From NCBI GenBank assembly GCA_964016885.1, contig OZ024740.1, positions 131,316,001-131,380,000 on the forward strand: a DNA stretch of 64,000 nt, read 5' to 3'. Source of the DNA: Eledone cirrhosa (taxonomy: Eukaryota). The notes beneath the pieces are model-generated. The model had not been told where the DNA came from, made no database searches, and was given only the letters and a program-made list of their open reading frames with translations. Each line of letters opens with the position of its first letter. Within the stretch, counting starts at the first letter, position 1. Below, piece by piece: positions 53,670 through 64,000 of the stretch. A program made the position numbers and the translations under genes.

Positions 53670-55160
53670 TGGGAAAAGTGAGAAGGAGTTGGATGTGCTT
53701 GTTGACACTGTCCGTATTTTCAGCAGTGATATATGTATGCAGTTTGGTATTGGTAAATGTGGAGTCATTGTGATGAAGAGGGGTAGGTTGAGCAGAAGTA
53801 ACGGGATCCAGATGCCAACAGGTGAGATGATAAAGGAAATTGACTCTGAGGAAGGATACAAGTATTTGGGCGTTCTGGAGGCTGATGGCATAAAGAACAA
53901 AAAAATGAAGGAATTGTTAAGAACTGAATACATTCGGAGAGTAAGGAGCGTATTGAAGTCACATCTGAACAGCAGAAATGCCATAAGCGCAGTAAATTCC
54001 CGAGCTGTGTCTATTATTAGGTACAGTGCGGGAATTCTGAGATGGAATGTTGCTGAACAAAAAGAAATGGATAGGAAGACTAGGAAGCTATTGACTATCT
54101 ACAACATGTTCCACAAGAGGAGTGATGTCGATAGACTCTACCTAAGGAGATCTGAGGGTGGAAGAGGTCTTATCAGCATAGAGGACTGTGTTCAGATGGA
54201 GAAAAACAACCTATACAAATACGTGACCTATAGTAAGGAGCCAATGCTCAGAACTGTACTGAAGGAGGGGACAGTAGGCCAGGGGATGTCCAAGGAGGAA
54301 ATAACATCAAGGAGGAAGAGCAGCCTTAAGGGAAAATCCCTTCATAGTACCTTCTTTGAGAAAACTGAATTTAGAGATCCACAGACATGGAACTGGTTGA
54401 GAAGAGGAGACCTCAAAAAGGCTACAGAAGGAATGCTAATGGCTGCGCAGGAGCAGGCCCTCAAAACGAAGTGGTTGAAGCACCATATCTACAAGGAGGA
54501 GGCTAGCCCACTGTGCAGGATCTGTGGAGAGAGAGAGGAGACTGTGGCTCACATTGTGTCCGAGTGTAAACACCTAGCCCAGACCCACTATAAGGGCTGG
54601 AGACACGATGTGATGGGCAGGGTGATCCACTGGCACCTGTGCAAAGTAAACAATCTACCACATTCTGAGAAATGGTATGAGCATAGGCCAGAGGCGGTGA
54701 TGGAGAACAGTCAGGTGAAGGTGCTGTGGGATTTTAGGATACAGACGGACAAAAAACTGGAACACAATAGACCTGACCTGGTGGTTGTGGACAAAAAAAA
54801 AAGATCGTGCCTGATTGTGGATGTGGCCTGCCCGTTCGACACGAGAGTGCAAGAGAAGGAGAGGGAGAAAATTAACCGATACCAGGACCTAAAGTGGGAG
54901 GTGAAAAGGATTTGGAACTGCCATGAAGTCAAAGTGATCCCGATTGTCATAGGCGCACTGGGGACTATCTCCAAAGGTTTCCAGGGATGGTTAAAGAAAA
55001 TCGGCCCCTTCACGCTTTTTGGAACGCTTCAAAAGGCATGCTTGCTTGGAACAGCAAGAACCCTCCGATACGTCCTGAATATCTGCGGCTGCAGGTAGTG
55101 GCTTGATATTCAATCCAACGGACTTTCCAGTTAACCAACATCAATGACTGAGATTCAAGG
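53670..55160 (+). mobile_element. R4/Dong-like LINE 3' fragment C with an uninterrupted frame (RT C-terminus, CCHC, REL)
   Basis: YKYLGV, RLYLRRSEGGRGL, CRIC..EETVAHIVSEC, RHD, PD..D; (AAT)n on both sides. Confidence 0.92.
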
Positions 55161-56212
55161 AATAACAATAACAATAATAATAATAATGATGATACGATTT
55201 TCTACGTAGGTCGCCAATAATAATAATAATAATAATGATAATAATAAGACACACGAGGTGGTAGAAGATCATGAAATCGCTCCCGTAAGTTTTTGATTTT
55301 TAACATATTTAAATCAATTGTGAAATCACAATACTTAGTACAAATGTTGCATAAACCACCGAATCAAGTCCCATAAAATTTCGAATCCATATTATATTGT
55401 TATATCGCTCAAATATTCAATTTTGCATTATATATTTTGTATTCAAAAAAGAAAATGGTTATAAATGGAAGAAAACACCCCCTGTCTACACTATATAGAA
55501 CAGCCAAATAACAGCAATTTCACCAACACCAGAAACTTGATACACCACCTACCCCATCACACTAAATATAACAGCCAGATAACGGCAATGTCACCACCAC
55601 CACCACTAATCCCAGCATCATAATGATAATTACTATTATTATTGTTTCAAGTTTTAAAAAAATGTTTAATTCCAATTTTACGGGAATATGTCAACACAAT
55701 ATATATTAAACATACGCGACACACACTCATAGATACTACATATCACAAAACTCAGTAACGACAACGCCACCGCCGCCACCACTCCATCCATCATTGCTAC
55801 CACTATCCCATCACCGCCGCCACCACTCCTTCATTGGTACCACCACTATTCCCCTGTTAACTTGAGAGAGAAAGGGGAAGGTGGCGGTATCACTAGACAA
55901 GGGAGACGCTAGCAAAAGATATGAATAGATTGACTTAGTGACCTGGCCACCGGCCAAACGTCAACATCAACAACTATGGCACTGCTGGCTCACCCCTTCC
56001 TCGCCAACAATATAAAAATCCCCAGCACCACCACCGACATAGCCAACAACAATAACAGGCAACTACAGCAAAAAGTATATTATATTATTGTAATGCACTG
56101 GGTGATTGCTGGCCTTGTGCCTGGAGTGGAGACAATTATTAATAATTTCATTCTTAAGCCACGCAATGCTCACATTAAGGAACCACTCATGATAATAACA
56201 ATTTAAAAAAAA

Positions 56213-59200
56213 ACAACAAAAAGAAAACCCCGTGACCAAGAAATACCGGGATGGCGGCCGGCGGGGAATAGCCGTGTCTCTAGGGGAGAACGACCCCTCT
56301 AGTGTTGGTTGACACTCGTTCTAGAAGTGGTAACACGAAATGATTACCCCTTGGCGGATAAGGATAAAACGCGACAAAATAAAGTAAATGTCTAATGTAA
56401 AATCTCATGCCGGATCGGCCGTCACCCGGGTAAAAAAGAGAGGAACCAGACTGGGGTCTAAAAATCAGCTAATGGTTCAAACCTTCCCAACACTTCGGAG
56501 CTGGACACCTCCCATAAACGGAATACTCCTACTGTTGGCCCTCCATGCTCACCACCAATAAATCCAAAGAAAAAGAGAGAAAAATGGTCAAGGGAATATA
56601 ATAAAAAAGTCCTTGAGGTTTTCTACACTGCCATGTACTACCCATCAAATACATCGAATACAGAACAGACATATACCAACTGGAAAAAGAAACATCCCGA
56701 AAACAGAGGCTATATTGACAGCAACAAACTAGCCAATATACGAAGAAATGTTGTAAGAAAAAAGTTACTAACTGATATAGAAATTGATCAGATCAAGCTA
56801 TTAGCACAAAGTCAGCGAAAGGAAAATGAAACATGTGTCAGTGAAAAGGAGTTAAATTGTAACACTTCGAATCCCAGGGTTGGGGCGGAATCACTGGCAA
56901 CGGAACAAATTAAAGAAAGGATCGAAAAAGTGGAGGGAGTGCATGCTCTAGATGAAACTCAAAATGAAAATAATGAGATCGTAAATGATAAAGAAATGAA
57001 TGAGAATGAATTTGCCAACTTGAAGGAAGAACTTATGATCGAATGGATGAAAATGAAAGAATCTGACATGGGGAAACGAGACACCCTCCCTAAGAACCAG
57101 AACTCCAAACAGAACCAAAAGATAATACACAAGACAAACATAATTCTCAAAAACATTATCATCACAAACAAACTAAACATTACTGATTTAAATCATCTCT
57201 ATTATGCATCGGCTAAAGTCATCACTCACTTATGTGGAGTGAAGATGAAAGAAAAAAGGAATTCCCACAAGAAATCTACTTGGCAAGAGAACATCAATCA
57301 CCAAATAAACCTTCTCCGATCTGACATAGAAATGTTAACAAACTATAAAGTAGGTGAACATGTTAAACAAACTAAACTTAGAAAATTGAAAAAAAGTACC
57401 GTATAAAATCAACAAGTGACATAGACATGCTGATAGAAACAATCAAGCAAAAAGTGTCGGCCAAAGCTGCTCGTATAAGGCGCTTTGAAAAACGATCTAG
57501 ATTCTATAAGGACAATAATATGTTCAAAAACAACCAAAGAGACTTCTACGGAAAATTGGTAAGTCAACAATAACTGCTAAATCAATACCACCCAAGGAGG
57601 AAGTGCAAGAATTCTGGGAAAAGATGTGGGCCGAAGAAAAAGTTCATAACATACATGCCCCATGGATAGACAGACAAATGAAAAATACAGCTCACCTTGA
57701 GGAACAAATATGGGAAAATATAACAGTTGAACAGTTGCGCTTGGCTCTAAGAAAAACCAGCAAATGGAAATCCCCAGGAAAAGACAAAATACAAAACTTT
57801 TGGATAAATGCCTTCACAGAGTCTCATGAGCTGTTAGCCCAACTTTACAATGAAATAGTTAAGGAGCCAGAAAAGATACCATCATGGCTAGTTAACGGCA
57901 TTACATTCCTGCTTCCGAAGAATGATGAGACAAACAATCCCAAAAATTACAGACCGATAACTTGCTTGACCACAATGTATAACATTTTAACATCAGTCCT
58001 AACTGAATACACATATGACCACATGATAACAAATGACTTATTTCCCATTGAGCAGAAAGGGTGTAAACGAGGCTCATATGGCCGTAAGGATCAGCTTCTG
58101 GTTAACAAAATGTTACTGGAAGATTGTCATAATAGACACAAAAATCTATCGATTGCTTGGATAGATCATAAAAAAGCATTCGATAGTTTGCCACACAGTT
58201 GGATTGAAAAATGTTTAGAGATGTTCAAAATATCGCCCGTTGTCAGGAGGTTTTTGTCATTCAGTATGAAGACATGGAAAATGACACTCCTTTTGAATAG
58301 TGAAACAAAATCACTGGAAGCTGGAGGAGTTAATATTAATTGTGGAATTTTTTAGGGTGACTCTTTATCACCGCTTTTATTCTGCATCGCACTTATACCA
58401 TTAAGTAAAATGCTCAATGAAACAAAACATGGATATAAAGTCTATGACAAAACCATTAATCACTTGTTCTACATGGATGACCTGAAACTATTTGCAAAAG
58501 ATGATGAACAATTGCAAGGGCTATTATCCACTGTGGAGCAGTTCAGTGATAACATTAAAATGGAGTTTGGACTAGATAAATGCGCCAAAGCAACGTTCAC
58601 CAGAGGAAAGCTGCTGAAGAGTTCAGACATTAATCTTGATCGGGGGAACGTGATAAGAGAACTTGATCAAGAAAAAACTTACAAATATCTAGGTGTTTGT
58701 GAAGGAGACGGAATCAAGCACTCGACAATGAGGGAAAGGATAAGGAAGGAATGTTACCGCAGAGTAAGAGCAATCTTAAGAACGAAATTGAATGCAAGGA
58801 ATAGGATCGATGACATAAACACGCTTGCCATACCAGTAGTAACCTACAGTTACAATGTCATCAACTGGTCAAGCACAGAGATCCGTAGGCTCGATACAAA
58901 AATTTGAAAATTCTTAACCATGCACAGAATGCATCACCCTAAGGCAGATACAGATAGAATATATCTCCCTAGGAAAGAAGGAGCAGGTGGGTTAATCCAG
59001 TTAGACATTGCGTTGCAAACTGCAACAATTGGAGTATCTACATATTTAAGGGAATCACATGATTGGATGATCAAACTCGTCTTGAAACACGAAAGCATCA
59101 AAAGATCATACTCCATTACGAAAGATGCACAAAGATACAGTAATGGACTACAAATTTCAAAAGTCCCATTTATTGCTGAAATGGAAAACACAGAAAAAGC

Positions 59201-60166
59201 AAAGCAGGTAAAAGTAACTGCAAAGAAAGAACTTCTTCAGAAACTGACTAAGACATGGCAAGAAAAGCCTCCGTATGGAAAATACCCAGAAGGAGCTAAC
59301 AATCCTGATGTTGACAAAACTTTAACCCATCAGTGGTTGGCATCCTCTGGACTGAAATCGGAGACTGAAGGACTGATTATATCAGCACAAGATCAGTGTC
59401 TGCCAATAAAAAATTACGAAGCCAACAAAATAAAAAATGGATGCAGCCCATTATGCCGTGTATGTAAAAAACAACCAGAGACCATTGACTATATCATTTC
59501 AATGTGCAGTCCTATAGCTCCAACCGAATACCTAAACAGGCATGACAGATCTGCACAATACATACATCGGATAACGTGTAAGCATTTTGATCTTCCCCAT
59601 CAAAAGAATTGGTGGGAGCATCAACCACCTCCCATACTTGAAAAAATATCACATCTCAATCTTTTGGAACTTTAGCATCTAAACAGACCGAAAAGTAGAT
59701 GCAAATATACCTGATATAATACTGAAGGATTTAAAAAGAGGGTATGCCTGCTAATTGATATGCCCGTTCCAATAGACAAGAATGTATCTATAAAAACATT
59801 TAAAACATTGAGCAAGTATAAGGACCTGGAGATAGAAATTGGAAAAATGTGGAAATTGAGAACTAAAACAATACCAGTGGTTGTAGGCGCTCTAGGAATG
59901 ATACCTAAGGGGTCTAATGATTACTTATCGCAAATACCAGGAAACCTGCGTATAGGAGAAATACAAGAGATAGTACTAATAGGAACTGCCAATATACTAA
60001 GGAGGATTCTGCCAATATAATTACATCACAAGTCAAAACACCTAAAGATGCATGTGTGAGTATGTATGTTCTTTCTTGAACATGGCGGGCCTTGTTGTCT
60101 CTTGAGGTCAGTGGTTGTGACTTGGTGATAACTCATATGAACATAAAGCAAGATAAATGCAGCTGC
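56213..60166 (+). mobile_element. Near full-length R4/Dong-like LINE (second family) with a disrupted single ORF from ~56388 to 60020
   Basis: KWKSPGKDKI, NYRPITCL, EQKGCK, KKAFDS, GIF*GDSLSP, FYMDDLKLF, CRVC..ETIDYIISMC, REL; several stops and frameshifts; (AAT)n tail. Confidence 0.9.
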
Positions 60167-60211
60167 AATAATAATAATAATATTATTAATAATAATAATA
60201 ATAATAATAAT

Positions 60212-63200
60212 GAGTTATTTATTAACCACAAGGGTTTAGATAATGTAGACATTAAGGACAGTGCAGGACAATACAGGAAGGTACAAATGTGCGTTTCTGC
60301 GTGTAAAAAAACAAGAAGAGAAGATGTAACAAAAAATAAAAATGAAAAATTCCCCAATAGGGGGTCACTTCGGAGGGACATTTGTGGAGAAAGCCCAGTA
60401 AAAGGCCACAGTGACCCTGACCACCAAGGCAAGTGCCCTCTCCCCGTTTTCCACCTTTAATTTACAGATACATACTCAGAGTAGGCCCATTCACTCAGGC
60501 CACTCTTGATTCTCTCACCCATCTTTCAACAAAATGCTGAGAAGAGACCACTTCCCTCTCTACTCTGATTTTCCTTTTCAAATGAAATTTGAAAAAGTCA
60601 ATCAGGGCATCACCGAAGAGGTAAGTGCTCGTCTTCAGCCCTTTCAAACGTGTCCACCATACTATCTCTTTCGCCATGGCCACCAGACAGATAAAAACTG
60701 CCTGCCTTTCCCGGCTAAAGGGAGAGGACGGGGCAATCATCACGTTGGACTCAGATGATAGCCGGATCCGTCCTAAACGCGAAAGCAAGTGTTCGACATA
60801 AACCCACAAGTCAGCAATTTTAGGACACTGGACGAGTGCGTGCAGGACGAATTCGTTGCTCTGCGCCAATCTCAGACACGCCTGACTGACGGCACCTCCA
60901 TGCCTGTAGAGTTTATTCCGAACTGGAAAGGCTCCTCGGTAGCACTGCCAGGCCAGAGATTTCTGGAAGTTGTCCATAGGCCCCGGACCGAAAGTTCTTC
61001 CGTTAAGATTGGCTAGTTGATTTTCGTCGACGCCTAGAGTTTCCCCAAGTACGTGGTCGCTCTTCCCCTTCACTAATCCTATAAAGAACGCCGAGGTGGA
61101 GTTTCCACCGATCACATTGCCCGATTGGTCGAGGGCTGTGAGCGCCTGAAGACATTCCGGTCTCCAGGCGCCCCCTCTCGGACTTCGCTTGAACCAGGAC
61201 TGCAGCTCCGTCAAGGAAACCAGCTGAAGAAATACGTGTCTAGCAAACGCGACCACACCTGATCACTCTCGAGGAAGAGATTGAGATGTCGTAGCCTGAG
61301 CGCGTGTCTGCGCATCATCAGCCACGGCATGCCCATCCCGCCACGTAGCGAGTGTTGACAACAGATGGAAGGCCTTATCATCCGAGCGCGGCCCTTCCAC
61401 AAAAAGCGAAAGAGCAAACGCTCCAGCGCAGTCAGGTGGGGCTTAGGACAAGGAACGACGTTCAGGCGGTAGTAGATGACAGACGCTATGTACGCGTTAG
61501 CCACCACCGCTCAACCTTTCAGGGATAGCTTCCTCTCGGCCCATTTCTGGGTGAGATAAGCCACCCTGCTCGTCACCTCGTCCCAGTTTTTGTCCTTCTG
61601 GAGGTCCGAACAGAACCAGACCCCTAGCAACTTATCCGATCCGTCCGTCCAGCGTCGGTCGACGCTGTTGGAAGGCATGGACCTGCCTCTCCAGGTGCCG
61701 AACTGCAGGCCCAATGACTTTTCCTGGTTGATCATTGCTCCTGTCACCGCTTCGTATTCTCTTAGTGTAGTGCCGATCGCCTCGATGTGTTTGGCGTTTG
61801 ACACCACTACGGTGACATCGTCCGAATATGCTGAGACGGATCTTCCGCATCCTAGTTCGCGCGGGACGCCCCTCAACGTCTCCAGTTTGTGCAGTAATGG
61901 ATCGAGAGGCAATACGTACAAGAGGGACGAGAGGGGACATCCTTGGCGGACCGAGCGCATGATGTTGAACGGTTCCGAAAGGTGACCGTTCACTCTCACC
62001 ACAAAGCAGATGTCGCTGTGCATGGCAGCGATCCACCCTCTGAAGACGGGCCCAAAAGCAGCCGCACTAAGGACTGCCGCTAGGTAACGATGCTCGACCC
62101 TATCGAAAGCTTTCGACTGATCTAAATTGATCAAAGTCCCACCCGTGCCAGGTTCCCTAGCTACCCTCTCTACGATGTATAGAATGAGGTGGAGGTTGTC
62201 GTGGATGGATCTGTCGGGAATGGCGCATGACAGCGCCTCTCCCAACAGACCACCAACGACAAGCGTCAACCTCTTTGCTAGTACCTTTGCCAAAATCTTG
62301 AACTTTGTGTTTAGCAGAGTTATGGGCCTGAAATTATCTATGTTATACCCCTTGTTCGGATCCTTTCTCAGCAGTGCCACCGCTTCTCGGCTCAAAGAGC
62401 TGGGAATTCTCCCGTTATGTTGCCAGTTGCAGTAGACGTCCGGCTAGAGGCCTCCGAACAATCTGGCATCTGTACGTAAAGTTCATAGGGCAGACCATCC
62501 AAACTAGGCGATTTACCCCTTGTGCAGCCAGTCATTGCCTCCCGTACTTCAGCGGCTGTTATCGGCTTTTCGCAAAACTGCGCCTCAGTGGCCGAGAGCC
62601 GCGGCAGTCCGTCGAGGTAGACACTAAAGTCAATCCCTCGACCCGGCCCACCGCTGCCCCCGAACAGCTGAGTGAAGTGTCGCTGAAAAGCTTCACACAT
62701 TTGCCCGGCATCGAGTAGCATGCGCCCGTCGTGGTCCACCAAAGACCGGATCGTGGCTTCGTTGCCACGACGCGCCTCCGCCATTCGGGACCATTGAACG
62801 GCTTCCGTCCCCTCGTGTTTGAGAGCACGCACCCTAGCTCTGACAACGCAGGCATTGTGCTTTGCATTGAAGAATTGGTCAATGGCCAATTTCGCCGCAA
62901 GTACGTCGGTAGCGATGCCTTTGCTAAGCGCCTCGTCTAATTTTCTAACTAATTCTCCCTCTGCTCTATTATTCTCTATAGCTAAAGACTTACTAAACCT
63001 AATGGACTCTATTCTAATCGCTCTTTTCAGAGCAAACCAACACTTGTTGTTGACGACGGTCGCCGTCTAACGCTTGCTTAACTAGTTCGCTAATCCGGTC
63101 TCTGTAGGCCTTGCGCGCTGGTAAGGGCGCCTTTAGCTTCCAGTAGCCGGGTCCTCGTCTATGAAGCCTATCTAAGTCAAGCACACATATCACGAATTTG

Positions 63201-63789
63201 TGGTCGGTGTAGCTGAATATCTTGAATTGTAGACAGTTTATGCTAGACCTCTCTATTTCCCTACAAAATACTCTATCTAGATATGATCTGGATGGCCCGA
63301 TGCGATTTGTCCAACTCTACATTGGCACGTTCGGGAAATCCAATCGGTATCTGTCAGACAGTTCAAAACGCCTGAGCAGGTTCATGAGGCTCTTGCACAC
63401 TCCTCCCCTATCCACTAAACCCACACAGTCCCAGCGTGCATCTAAGATCCCGTTCCATTCGCCCACTAACACTATAGAGCGGGACGTTCCTAGAAAGGTC
63501 TCCAGACGCAGGAAGAAATGAGGCCGCCCTGCTCCTGTCGGAGCATCAACGGCCACTATCCTGAAATCTTGCCCTTCTCCGCTGGTCACGTCCAGCACCA
63601 CCAACCTACCTTCCAGGTCCAGGAAGATGGCCCGTATGGCGAGATCCAAACCTCTCCAAAAAAGCACAGCAACTCCTCCCCCCGATCCAGGACGGCTGGG
63701 AGATGCGTACACATCGTAGCCGCAGAAGATCGGTGCGAAGACCCGTGCCTCGGAGATTCTGGTCTCGCTGATGGCCACTACATCTATGT
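60212..63789 (-). mobile_element. Tx1/L1-clade LINE copy 2 (nearly all of ORF2, frameshifted, 5'-interrupted)
   Basis: KSPSLDGLPYE, NFRPITLLN, DQSKAFDRV, RQGCPLS, AYSDDV; collinear with copy 1; AATAAA then (ATT)n. Confidence 0.92.
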
Positions 63790-64000
63790 GTCAGGTCATC
63801 TGTTGGTGCTACTGGTAACATGTATTCCAGTACAACCTGTCTCATGGTTGGGTCGTTGGCGACTAAACTGGCAAGCCCACCAAGATTTGTTGGTGAGGAG
63901 GGTGACTTTGGACATCCTGCAGGACTAAAAACAAAACCTGTCAAAGGGCAAAGGGCAAAGTAACTCCCGGGAGCTCTTCAGAGCTCTTGGAGTCAATGGC
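63790..64000 (+). mobile_element. Different GC-rich repeat interrupting Tx1 copy 2; possibly a LINE (RTE-type) 5' UTR
   Basis: Abrupt loss of collinearity with copy 1 after CATCTATGT; the family assignment is from recollection only. Confidence 0.35.

Noticed and set aside
53569-55098. 509-aa ORF with an N-terminal poly-Ile tract as a novel membrane-anchored nuclease
   Set aside because: Chance in-frame read-through from the 3' UTR of Dong fragment B across (ATA)n into truncated fragment C; the extra C-terminal residues come from a TGA>TGC change. The same applies to ORF 48890-49411.
49712-63944. Plus-strand and alternate-frame ORFs overlapping the Tx1 copies
   Set aside because: Antisense or shadow frames of GC-rich LINE ORF2.

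Overview
Eukaryotic, AT-rich, microsatellite-dense genomic DNA with no confidently identifiable host gene. The SINE family and repeat landscape suggest a coleoid cephalopod (octopus-like); this is inference, not a database match. Nearly all recognisable sequence is transposon-derived. (1) Penelope-like elements (PLEs) of two types (CxCx5C-linker Naiad-like; Cx4CxxC-linker Neptune-like), mostly as fold-back structures inserted in (TA)n. Reading both strands gives about 16 minimal type-I hammerhead ribozyme (HHR) motifs in about 9 sequence families in their tails. Several look intact, including a U3-A8 core variant supported by covariation, and one ~370-bp near-perfect palindrome (44729-45095) carries an intact HHR on each strand. 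(2) A head-to-tail chain of non-autonomous Helitrons (11835-17184), one carrying a Ulp1/C48-like protease fragment, plus a second Helitron hosting tandem mini mariner-type MITEs. (3) An (AAT)n-centred pile-up at 48.9-63.8 kb of R4/Dong-type REL LINEs (three ~98%-identical 3' fragments and one near full-length disrupted copy) sitting tail-to-tail, twice, with Tx1/L1-type LINEs. (4) About nine tRNA-derived SINE copies, a decayed RTE-like LINE and a mariner transposase fragment. Most short ORFs in the track are microsatellite artefacts. All alignments and folds were done by eye.
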